A stretch of 59,573 nt of DNA, counting the filler, from Asterionella formosa (taxonomy: Eukaryota): the NCBI GenBank assembly GCA_002256025.1. It is 5 parts of 5 records of this genome, joined end to end, with 100 filler letters (N's around TTAATTAATTAA, not from the genome) between each part and the next. Parts side by side here need not be neighbours in the genome. Positions count along the whole stretch, not along the records: positions 11,948 to 23,786 come from NKIB01008132.1; 4 more parts are not named here. One strand, written 5' to 3'. A model generated the notes under the pieces. That model ran no database searches. It was not told the DNA's origin and saw only the letters and a list, made by a program, of their open reading frames with translations. Position 1 is the stretch's first letter, and every line of letters starts with the position of its first letter. Both the position numbers and the translations under genes were made by a program. Of the stretch, positions 12,120 to 22,986 are shown piece after piece.

Positions 12120-15100
12120 ATGTCCAGCAAAGAACATGAGCATCCTTCCAAGGTTGCCATTATTGGCGGTGGTGTATCTGGATTGAGTGCAGCATGGCAT
12201 TTGATGAGCAATACTACCAGTAATGATGTTGTCCTCTTTGACTCTAGTCCTCGTCTTGGAGGACATGCATATACCATGATGATGCCAGATGGGACACATG
12301 TCGATATTGGATTCATGGTATACAATGAGGCCAACTATCCAAACATGACACGTTGGTTCCAACAAATGGGCATTCAAGGGGAAGATTCCGACATGAGTTT
12401 GTCGGTGAGTTTGAATGGTGGAAAAACGGTTGAATGGAATTCGGATGGACTTAATGGATTATTTGCCAAGCGCAGTCAGTTAGTATCGCCTGGCTTTTAC
12501 AAATGTTTGGCAGATATGATTAGATTCAATTCGGAAGCACCGGAATTATTGACCTTGGCCAAGGATGATCCACGAAAGGTCGTGACGACAGGACAATACT
12601 TACGTGATCATGGGTACAGCGAAGAATTTTCTACGTTTTATCTTTTGCCCATGATGGCAGCCTTGTGGAGTGCCAGTATGACGGATGTGTTACAATTCCC
12701 AGCCTGTCAATTGATTGGCTTTTTAGCAAATCATAAAATGCTGCAATTGATGGATCGACCACAGGTATGTGTTACAATCTTGTCAAACTGACTGCACTTC
12801 CCTTTTTCTTTGTTACACAACATGAAGGCTTACACGAGTACGTTTGTATTTGTTCGTTCCAATAATAAACAGTGGAAGACAGTGGCTGGACGGTCGCAGA
12901 ATTACACATTGAAAATGAAATCTATTTTGGGCGAAAGGGCTCGTATTTCAACTCCCATTGTGTCAGTCCAAAAGACCCCCGCGGGGACGTATGAACTGTT
13001 CACTACAAATGAAAAATCGGTGGGATTCTTTGATCATGTGATTTTTGCATGCCATCCACCTACCACAAAAACCATTCTTCGAGACTGTGCCTCACCAGCT
13101 CTCTTGTCACTCCTCTCCGCAATTGAATATGCCGACAATGTGGTCTATGTACATTCGGATCCAAATCTAATGCCTCTTCGAAAACGAGCTTGGGCTTCCT
13201 GGAATTGTTTGGGGAAAAAGGAGTTGATTCAATTCAAGTCCAACCAAAGAAAGGGCGAAGCATTTGAAGGCGGTGAAAGTGGCTTTGGAAACACGGCGGG
13301 TGTTGCGACGTCAACAGAGGAAGCCGATGGTGGAAGGATGAAGGCCGTCTATGTCACATATTGGTTAAATCGATTGCAAAGCTTGAAAACTTCCACCAAT
13401 TACTTTGTATCACTCAATCCACATGAACGCCCAGAGCCAGCTTTGACACATGAACGTGTGATTTTGGCGCATCCGCAATTTACACCAAAAACATTGCAAG
13501 CCAGAGAGCAATTGGAACAACATTACCAAGGCAAGGATGGCCTTTGGTTTTGTGGCGCATGGAAAGGTTATGGCTTTCACGAAGATGGGTGTCGAAGTGG
13601 ATTTCAAGTCGCCACTGCATTGTCAGGTACCCCATTGCCGTGGGTATCGTCGTCCAAGGAGGCAATGGTATTACCTCCACCGGACTTGAGTTGTAATTCC
13701 GGGCAGACTGGAGTATTTTCCAAAATCTACCAGAAGTTGAGTTATGATCTTCCCGTGGCCATTTGTAAACCTTTTATTGTCCATTTCTTGAAAAAGGCTG
13801 TCATCAAGGGTAGGCTTTCTCTGAAATTCAATGATGGTTCGACCATAGACTTTGGTGACGGTAGCCCATGTGGAAGTGACAAAAGTCCAGTAGTCATGCG
13901 CGTGTTTGACCCTTGGTTCTTTGTCAAAACAGCCTTGGAGTACGACTTGGGATTGGCGCGCTCATACATGGCAGGCCATTTCGTTATTGAACCCTTGGCC
14001 AGCAACAGCGAGTACGACCCCGTAATTCGGCCATTGGACCAAGTGGAAGAGTCCAGTATTGTGTTGGGGGATCCTGTTGGGTTGACACGACTCTTCTTAT
14101 TGTTGATTGGGAATCGAGATTGCAAGGAGCTATTCCATCCTCGCAAGGCGGGACGTGGTAATCTTTATTCCAGTGCACTCTCGAACGCATCTGGTTTGAT
14201 AATTTCCAAGATTGGATCCTTACTGAACTACCTTCGATACAAGTTGACCATGGATAACTCAGAGCGAGGTGGAAGCTTGAAGAATATTCATGCTCATTAT
14301 GATCTTTCCAATGATCTCTTTACCACATTTTTGGACAAGGAAACGTTAATGTATTCGTCGGCCATTTACGATGCGGTCAAAGCCCCATCTGGACGCAGTG
14401 GCCTGGTATTTCGAGGAAGTCTAGAAGAAGCCCAATGGAGAAAGCTTGATACTCTATTGGATCGTGCTCAGATACAACCGGGCCAGGAAATGCTCGACAT
14501 TGGATTTGGATGGGGCGGACTCTCACTCCATGCAGCCAAAAAGTATGGTTGCAAGGTGACTGGGATAACCCTTTCTGTTGAACAGAAGGCGCTTGCTGAA
14601 GTACGTGTCAAGAAAGAAGGGTTGGGTCACCTCATTACTTTCGAAGTATGTGATTACCGCACCTTTGCACGTCGGAAGGAGAACCGTGGCAGATTCGATC
14701 GCGTCCTAAGTTGCGAAATGATTGAAGCTGTCGGCCACGAGCACCTCGGTGAATTCTTCTGGGCCGTCGAGCAAGTTCTTGCCTATGATGGTATCTTGGT
14801 TATGGAGGCGATTACTACACCTGAAATGCGATACGAGACATACTTGCGTTCGACAGATTTTATCAATACAATTATTTTTCCTGGATCGTGTTGTCCTTCT
14901 CTTCACGCCCTCGTTGATGCTGCCTACAAGCAATCATGTCTGACCTTAGAACACATTGACAATATTGGCTTGCATTATGCACGGACTCTTGCAGAATGGC
15001 GTCGTAGGTTCAATGCCAATGAAGTGCATATCCGAAGTATGGGCTTTGACGATGTCTTTATGAGAGTGTGGAATTATTACATGACTTATTGTGAAGCCGG

Positions 15101-15242
15101 CTTCCACTCTCAGACAGAGAATTGCCTCATCCTTGTGTTCTCTCGCCAGGGATGCCAGTCTCTAACTCCGCTTTGCGAGACTCGTTGCGTTGTCCAAGCT
15201 CCGCCACTCACAGAAGTCGAGATTAATAATTGGCTTTCTTAG
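12120..15242 (+). CDS. Fusion of FAD-dependent amine-oxidase-like oxidoreductase and cyclopropane-fatty-acyl-phospholipid synthase (CMAS) family SAM methyltransferase; join(12120..12764,12873..15242), about 1004 aa
   Basis: N-terminal KVAIIGGGVSGL...RLGGHA, VDIGFMVYN..NYPN, AWASWN and WFCGAWKGYGFHEDG. C-terminal NIHAHYDLSNDLF, MYSSA, LDIGFGWGG, EMIEAVG, IFPG, HYARTLAEW and WNYYMTYCEAGF. A phase-0 intron at 12765-12872 (GTATGT...AACAG) restores DRPQ-WKTV. Confidence 0.92.
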
Positions 15243-15312
15243 ATAGCAGCGACGAAGCACAGATTATTAACATTTGAATTTCTGTAGACTGGCAAATATC
15301 ATGATTTAGTTT

Positions 15313-15455
15313 TCTTGTCTGATTTATTGAGTCTCTTGTTGTACTGGGCGGCAGTGCGGAACTTTCGTTGCCAAATCTTGTCTTATCTATTGAGTTTTTT
15401 TTGGTATTGGGTGACGGTGCCGACCTTTCCTTGGCAAATCTTGTCTAATTTATTT
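15313..15455. repeat. Diverged 63-bp tandem repeat (about 2.3 copies)
   Basis: TCTTGTCT.AT.TATT recurs at 15313, 15376 and 15439 (period 63), and the rest of the unit aligns (GTA.TGGG...GTGC.GA.CTTTC.TTG.CAAA). Confidence 0.75.
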
Positions 15456-15629
15456 GAATGCACTTAGATCCTTTGCGTTGCACCAGCTCCGGATTGATTG
15501 AAATTAATGAAGGGAATATTAATGATTTGTGCTTCCTTCCCTAAAAAGCGAGAAAACCATAAAGAAGGAAAATAAAATGGAATTAAAGAATAACTGAATG
15601 ATTGACATTTGACTTGTAGAGTAAATGAT

Positions 15630-18600
15630 CTATTGAGCAGTGGCTCTGACCTTTTCCGAGGCGAATTTGTTTGCAGCAGCGAGGATGGCGTCAACGTCGC
15701 TGCATTCCTGTGCTTGGCCTTGTGCACTACCAGCTTTGCCACCTCCACGTCCCCCACAGACCTCCAGAGCAAAAGCAACCCAATCGTTCGCTTTGAAACC
15801 TTCAGAGACTAAAGTATCAGGGACAATGGCAAATGTCATTACCTTTCCTCCACTTCCGACATCTTCTTCGCTGACACCCATAAACGCCATACTTGGAGCA
15901 GATGCGGTAACTGCATTCATAATCTTCTGTGATGCCTTCGCATCAGCGCCAATGTCGACTTTCATTACCATTATCGTTTTGCCTTCCTCGACTGCGGCAT
16001 TTATTTGAACCTTCACGTCATTGAGGCACCTGTCAACGCGGCCTGCGAGAAGGGCCTTCTTGGCTTCCATTCCCCTCTTTTGAATAACATCTATCCGAGC
16101 ACGAAGCTCCGACTTCAGGGGGGCCGACATAAAACTCTCGTCGAGATCCTTTCGCATTGCACCGGCCTTCTTATCCAAGTCCGGGGTATCAGCAAGAAGA
16201 CCTTCGGCTTCTTCCACAGCAGCCTCAAATTTAGATCCTACCGCAATAGCTTTTATAGCAATATCTCTTGTAACAGCGGAAATTCTACGAATGCCCTTCG
16301 CGACAGCAGTCTCTTCGACGATGACAAATGCCTCAGCTTCATTGGTGTTTGAAACATGTGTTCCTCCGCAAAATTCAATAGACGTGTCCTCGCCAATCGT
16401 AACAACTCGAACTGGATCAGGGTATACTTCTCCAAAAACGGCGCGAACTCCAGGAAGGCTAGTGGCATCCGCCAACGGCATAACCTTATCAGTGACAGGC
16501 AGAGATTCAGAAACAATCCTTTGGCAGATCTCCTCTGTCTTTCGCAACTCATCTGTGGTCATGGCCTTCTTGTAGCTGAAATCGAATCTAAGTTTCTCAT
16601 CGTTGCATAAACTACCACGCTGGTCTACGCCAGCTCCAAGGACTTTAGCAAGTGCAGCATTTAATACGTGAGTCATTGAATGATTCGGAGTGACTAGACG
16701 ACGACGGTCGTAATCGACTTGACACTTAACAAAAGACCCAACTTCAATAATTCCTTCGTCGATAACTCCTGTGTGAAGGAGGAAGCCCCCATACGACTGA
16801 ACATCATTGACAATAAAACGCCCTGCCACCTTGCCACTTTCATCGAGAATTGCTATAGTTCCAACGTCGGCTTCTTGTCCTCCAGCTTCGGCATAATACG
16901 TGGACTTGTCTAAGACAATACCAACATAATCCCCAGCACTTGCAAAATTTCCATCAGTCAAGAATCCTTCAGTATTAAAGACAGCCAGAACTGTGGAAGG
17001 AAGCTCAATGTCCAACTTGTATTTGAAACCTTCATCAGTTGGATCAATACCATTGTCCTTCAACCAAGCAGTTTGTTCAGCAATAAATTCCAATCTAGGA
17101 GCTCCACCTGATTTTGCATTGCTACGAGCTTCGCGAGAACGCTGTTTCTGAGTCTCCATCTCGTTAACAAAGCCCTTGGTATCCAGCGTCAGTCCAGCAT
17201 CTTCGGCCATCAATTCAGTCAAGTCAACCGGAAAACCCAACGTGTCGTATAAGAAGAAAGCCTGTTGTCCAGAAACTTCCGATTTGCCGGCTGTCTTGAG
17301 GTCGGCTTCGAGCTCATCAAAATACTTTATACCACGCTCTAACATTGCTGAAAATGCTTCTTCTTCTTCAGTTATGACTTCTAAAATGTTGGCCTGGTTC
17401 TTGATCAATTCAGGATACGCCTCTCCAAATGTCTCGACGACGACTGCGTGAAGAAGGTTGAGCGAATCCTAGCATTGATGCATTTCCATTGCCGGCACAT
17501 TTTCGTCCCCAAATTACTAAAACTCACCTGGAACCAGCGTCGCAAAAAAACCAGGCTTGGCCTTCAGAATTTGCTGCCCGTATCTTGTTGCACGTCGTAG
17601 AATACGTCTCAATACGTATCCACGACCTTCATTATTTGGAACTGCGCCATCTGCAATTGCAAAACACAAGGTTCTCGCATGATCCGCAATCGCTCTATAT
17701 GCCGTATCTTTTTTCGTGACATCATCTTCGACCAAACCAGTATAGTCTCCCACTTGAGAATGTTCAGAAATCTTTTTAAAGAGAGGCGCGAACGCATCGA
17801 TATCATAGTTGGATCTCTTGTTTTGCAAAATACTTACGAGCCTCTCCAATCCCATGCCTGTATCAACATGTTGGGCGGGAAGTGTGGCTAATCCCTTTTC
17901 ATCTCTATTGTATTGAATAAAAACTACATTCCATATTTCAATCACGTCAGGATCATCGGCGTTGACTAGAGCAGATGCGTCGCGGTCGCCAATGCGGTCG
18001 TAGTGGATTTCAGTACACGGACCGCAAGGGCCAGTATCGCCCATCTAGCGTCATGAACAGCGTGTTGGTTGAGTTAGAATAACATTCATGAAAGATGTGT
18101 CGGAAAATAATAGGACAGCAACGTACCTCCCAAAAGTTGTCTCCCGCCGAGCATGCAATCACTCGCTCCTTTGGCAGATATTGCAACCATAAATCCCTTG
18201 CTTCCGTGTCGCACGGCACGTTCTCGTCTCCTTCAAAATAGGTGGCATAAATCCGATCTGGGTTCAATTTGTAAACCTTAGTGAGTAACTCCCACGCATA
18301 GTCCACAGCTTCAGTTTTGAAATAGTCTCCAAAGGACCAAGACCCCAACATTTCAAAAAAGGTGTGATGATAGGTATCGCGCCCAACGTCTTCCAAATCA
18401 TTGTGCTTTCCACCTGCACGAATACACTTTTGAGAATTGGCAGCTCTCTTTAGCGCTGCGAGTGGAGATGCCGGATCAACTTGTCCCAAAAAAATTGGTT
18501 TGAACTGATTCATCCCGGCGTTGGTAAATAACAGCGTCGGATCATTGAGTGGTGCGCACCCAGAGGATGGTTGATACGTATGTTCCTTTCCTTCAAAGAA

Positions 18601-18774
18601 TTCAACAAAGGTTGTTCGGACCTTGCTGGTGGGCCAAGCATCATCTGCACCGGCGAGACGCGGCGCTCCAAATGAAAACAAGCGCTTAGTGGTGGAGACA
18701 AAGGCAGCATGGCGCTTGGAGGCCGAAACGAATCGCAACGCGGCCATTATAACGAGAGGTATGTGGACTTTCAT
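15630..18774 (-). CDS. alaS: Alanyl-tRNA synthetase with N-terminal organellar targeting presequence; complement(join(15630..17443,17528..18044,18127..18774))
   Basis: [74 protein letters not shown], editing motifs NHSMTH and EFCGGTH, C-Ala GGRGGG. Introns 18045-18126 (phase 0) and 17444-17527 (phase 1) have GT-AG ends and join the three ORFs in frame. The start is ATG 18774 or 18747. Confidence 0.96.
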
Positions 18775-19097
18775 CAGGTTTTGGTGCTTGCTTCTGCTAG
18801 TATTTGGGCTTGCAACAGGGTGGAACGGCGTGTACTCGCGCCAATACAACCAGAATAAGATAGAGCACAACAAGCAAGCAATGTTCCAATGGAACCAAGG
18901 TGTGAGGTCAGTGGATTTTATTTGATGGCGCAGAACATATCACAATTGGATTGTTCACCTTGATGTGGCTGATGCGGTGACTGACGTACAAATCATCGCT
19001 CCATCTTTGCCTCCTCGGCAACAGTCTTGTTATTTGCTCTGGTACCAGGCGACCTGCTACTCCGGAGTGGTACCTGGTGCTCCAGGTTCCTCCAGCA

Positions 19098-19181
19098 AGT
19101 TCCGGTAATATTGCTGAAACTAAACCTTTAGCTATCTTTATCCGATATTAAATTGCTTATTTAAGCAAAATGACCGCAACT
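19098..19181 (+). mobile_element. 84-bp MITE-like element, copy 2
   Basis: AGTTCCGGTAAT...AATGACCGCAACT; aligns without gaps to 564-647. Confidence 0.75.
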
Positions 19182-19245
19182 TTCAGGTATACTGGTACCG
19201 TACTAACTATTCATTCATAATGGTAGGTCTCAGGTATTTGATGCA

Positions 19246-19329
19246 AGTTGCGGTCATTTTGCTTAAATAAACAATTTAATATGGGATAAAGATAGCTAAA
19301 GGTTTAGCTTCAGGACAATTACCGCATCT
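19246..19329 (-). mobile_element. 84-bp MITE-like element, copy 3 (inverted relative to copy 2)
   Basis: AGTTGCGGTCATTTTGCTTAAATAA...ATTACCGCATCT is the near reverse complement of 19098-19181. Confidence 0.75.
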
Positions 19330-19655
19330 TACCTGGTACCAGGTACAAGGGTACCTGGAACCTAGTACTCCGGAGAACACATCGGTAGTACCTGGTACTA
19401 CCAGGTACCTGGTAGCAGGTAGTCTACTGGGAATACACAGGGTGCAAAATGCAAGCTACTTGGTACCGTATACTTCTACACACTCAGAGCAACCTGTGAG
19501 CCAACAACAACAATAATTACTGTCACCCAAAGACTTAGTTGGAAGTTGTTGATTATTATTCTATTTCTTCCATCCATTCATTCCTCGTTCGCCCTCCCTC
19601 CCCATCTATTCTGCATTGGTCACAAATACATGCTTTGATCGATTGATAGACCAGC

Positions 19656-22511
19656 ATGACACGTCAAGAGAAGAAAGGAACGATTCTACCTCCCAGTGAA
19701 ATCAACCAGGAAATATTTCAACGTTACGTTGAAAAGTGTTTACGAAGAATCAAGAATGGCGAAGGCTACATTATGTTCGGTCTGAACGAGGGTGATGATC
19801 TAGGCCACATCATTCATTGTGAAGATGCTTCTGTCACTAAGAAATTTCTAACTTTCATTGGAAAAACGATGGAACAGGAGTTGGGACAAATGGTACCAGA
19901 TTGCAAGGCAAAGCAATACGTCAAGGCAATCATGGAAAAATTGGACTACATCGCGCTAATAGGAAAAGCTGGGATATCTATGACCGAAAAGGGAGATGTG
20001 GGCTCGATCGAGGTACCTTCAGATGCAACTGAGCTGGGAAAAGGGAAAGATAACTTGAAACAGCCAAAGAAAACGACGGCAACAAAGAGAAAGTCTGCTT
20101 CAAGCACAACAAAACCGCCGATTACGGATAAGCAAGCGAGCAATATTAGCAATTCCAAGGCAGAAAAAATACTCTTGGCGAAGAAGAAAAATATTGAGGA
20201 ATTAAGGGCAGCACACGAGGAGGGGAAGGCAAGCGTCATGAGAGAAATTCCAACATCGTACAAAAAACACTTCAACCAGATTGCTTTTTCTAAATGGTCA
20301 ACTCAACCCTACCGACCAGTGTTGATCGTGGATCCTTATTGTCTCTCCTTTCAATGTGAAGCAAGAATAAAATGGATGAGAATGTTTGAGCAAGTACGTG
20401 TCATCAATACTTCCCGATCTGTGTTTATTACTTTGTGCATTAACCTTACTGTTGTCCGTTATCAGACACGAGGCAGACGAGACGACATGACATTTCTTTT
20501 GTATTGGTATGGAACAGATGATTTGAATAGTGCCTTTACATTCACAACAAAGAAAACACCTCCAATCTGGCACGATGACGCAGAAGGAAAGGGCTATATT
20601 AAAAAGCTCGAGGAATTTACTGCCAAAATAGAGAATGACAGCAAAAAAATGAAATTGGCTGTCAACCAAGAAATTGTCAATGGTTTCAAGGAATATTTAT
20701 GTGCCAAGAACTTAGCACCCGAGGAAAGAATTATTTATTCTGGTTTCAGGGAAGAATTTGAATTCCTCGCCGAATCGGATCTTGACCTTCAGCAACTAGA
20801 TGAAGTAGATAATTTTGCAGAGCAAAACGAGGAGGAACTAATATCTACAACTGTCACAGAAGATACTGGAAAAGTCAAGAAAAAGGTAAAGAAGTCGAAG
20901 CTGGAGACGGAACCTGACAAGCGTAAAAAAGGAGAGCGTACATCAACGGCCTCCAGTGTTATGGAAGAAACTACTGGTTTTGCTGACTACGAAGTAAGCA
21001 CAGATCAGTTTGTATCAGATGCTCACAAGGACAATCACAGTGAGAAGAAGATGGTGAAGAAGGGCGGAAAGAACAAAACATTCGGTGATCAAGCAAAGGA
21101 CGAAAGGGGACCAGCTTTGCCTCCAAATGGAGACCTGCCATCCAAGCTCGCCGGTATTGTAGCAGATATTACCGATTTTGCTGACAATGATTTGGACGAT
21201 GTAGATGATCTGTCTGCTTCTGATCCAGGTGAAGAATATGACAATGACGATGATTTTGGAATGAAAAAGGTAAAGAAAGGCAAAACCTTCAAGAAGTTGG
21301 CAAAGAAATTGAAGAATATACCGGCATCGAAAGCTGACGAAGCATTGGCTAATAATGACACGAAAATTGTGGAGAAGAAAGCAAAGATAGATAGGAAACG
21401 GAAGAAAAAGGAGGGGGCCGAAGAAGGAGCCAAGGATTCGTTGAACGAACTTTTGGCGAAGAAGACTAAAGTCGTTCAAGGAGACCAAGCACGAGAGCAG
21501 CTTGAATTCGATTCATGTGAAAAGAATTACGGAGCTCTCATTGCACGTTGGGAGAAGGCGCTTGCACAAGAACGCTACGAGGCTATCAAAGTTGTTTTCG
21601 GTGATTTGGCAAATGAGGTTGAGAAAATGTCGGCGCCATTCATCGAGCTATATGGCATTCCAGCTTTGTTGAAAAAATCCAAGACATTCTTTGAAAGTGA
21701 CGAGAAGAAGGCTTATTACAACACTGTGAGAATGCAGTTTAAAACTCACCATGCTGCAAGAAAAATTACCGTTCCTGTAGGATTCAAGCCAACGAAGAGG
21801 GTGACCTCAAGCTCTGTGGAATCTGGCGAGAAGGAAAGTTATCCGGAGCCCATGGCAGTAGAAAAAGCTTCTCCAAAACATGAAGAAGATGCACCTATGC
21901 TGCAACGCCAAATCACTGCTGATGGTACGACTCCAATAGCTAAGAAAGAAAACGTACCCCAATCAATACGAGCAGAGCACGTATCAACATCGGGACCCAA
22001 ATCTCTCGATCGGGACTTTGAGAAGAAGCTGTTGCCATTACCCAAAAAGGCACGACTGTCGCTAGGGGAAATGTTAAAGAGCCAATCATTTACTCCACAA
22101 GACTCGGCTGCAACAACTGTTCTTTCGTCGAGTGTTGTGGAGACAAAGTCGAGCGAAATTGCATGGCTCACTGCTGTTCCTGCAATTGACAGTGGATTGA
22201 ATGGTACTCGTACCTTGGCCTTGGAGTTTTTCAAGGAGGCGGCAGCACGGTTAAAATCAGATAAATTGAATCCTGATAGTGTCGTGCGATCGATCGAGAA
22301 AGCAATCTATGAGTGGTCACAATCTAAGCCGAAAAAGGAAGAAACTTACTGGAAGAAAGTGCATTGTATTATAGCTGCAATTTGTGGAAAGTATGGAAAA
22401 CCTGGTGGACTGGCACACAAAATATCCAATGGCGATTTTAAACGACCACAAGACATTCTCGATATTTCGGATGACGTGTTACTCAAATGCTTCAATGGAG
22501 AGGGATATTAA
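19656..22511 (+). CDS. Lys/Glu-rich probable nuclear protein with a PWWP/Tudor-like segment; probable in-frame intron 20394..20465
   Basis: 951-codon ORF. IAFSKWSTQPYRPVLIVDPY...FLLYWYG resembles PWWP-like folds, and there are several NLS-like basic clusters. The segment GTACGT...TTAAC...ATCAG (72 nt, phase 0) looks like an intron without a stop codon. Confidence 0.75.
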   Translation: MTRQEKKGTILPPSEINQEIFQRYVEKCLRRIKNGEGYIMFGLNEGDDLGHIIHCEDASVTKKFLTFIGKTMEQELGQMVPDCKAKQYVKAIMEKLDYIALIGKAGISMTEKGDVGSIEVPSDATELGKGKDNLKQPKKTTATKRKSASSTTKPPITDKQASNISNSKAEKILLAKKKNIEELRAAHEEGKASVMREIPTSYKKHFNQIAFSKWSTQPYRPVLIVDPYCLSFQCEARIKWMRMFEQVRVINTSRSVFITLCINLTVVRYQTRGRRDDMTFLLYWYGTDDLNSAFTFTTKKTPPIWHDDAEGKGYIKKLEEFTAKIENDSKKMKLAVNQEIVNGFKEYLCAKNLAPEERIIYSGFREEFEFLAESDLDLQQLDEVDNFAEQNEEELISTTVTEDTGKVKKKVKKSKLETEPDKRKKGERTSTASSVMEETTGFADYEVSTDQFVSDAHKDNHSEKKMVKKGGKNKTFGDQAKDERGPALPPNGDLPSKLAGIVADITDFADNDLDDVDDLSASDPGEEYDNDDDFGMKKVKKGKTFKKLAKKLKNIPASKADEALANNDTKIVEKKAKIDRKRKKKEGAEEGAKDSLNELLAKKTKVVQGDQAREQLEFDSCEKNYGALIARWEKALAQERYEAIKVVFGDLANEVEKMSAPFIELYGIPALLKKSKTFFESDEKKAYYNTVRMQFKTHHAARKITVPVGFKPTKRVTSSSVESGEKESYPEPMAVEKASPKHEEDAPMLQRQITADGTTPIAKKENVPQSIRAEHVSTSGPKSLDRDFEKKLLPLPKKARLSLGEMLKSQSFTPQDSAATTVLSSSVVETKSSEIAWLTAVPAIDSGLNGTRTLALEFFKEAAARLKSDKLNPDSVVRSIEKAIYEWSQSKPKKEETYWKKVHCIIAAICGKYGKPGGLAHKISNGDFKRPQDILDISDDVLLKCFNGEGY

Positions 22512-22986
22512 CTCAATTCTACATGAAAAGAACGTACTGGTTTGACACATGCCTCCCACTGAAATGGGAATCCAGACTTTTGATTTCAGCTTCTCGGGAA
22601 GACTTACCGCATTGTATTCATGAGAGCGCACTTTACATTTGTCTTTGATTTTGGTTTACATAGATTTGTATAGTTCATTCGAATCTTGGACTCCCCCTAT
22701 ATGACGCAAACATTTCACCAGCCCATCTGAGGGGGGGGGGGAGCAGAGAAGATAGAATATTCCATAACTTAGTGCAGTAGATCTATATGGTCACCTCTAC
22801 TCACTAGTTATCAGGTGAAGCTAGTATTGAAATAACTTTTTTAGATGACTATGGGTTACGTATGTATTACATTTGGTTGGTTGATTTTATGATTTCATCA
22901 ACCTTTGCGCCAGTACAAAATGCTGACCTGTTGACAGTATACCGGTAGACTAGTGCAATATTGTATCGCTTCCAAACGTGCATTTC

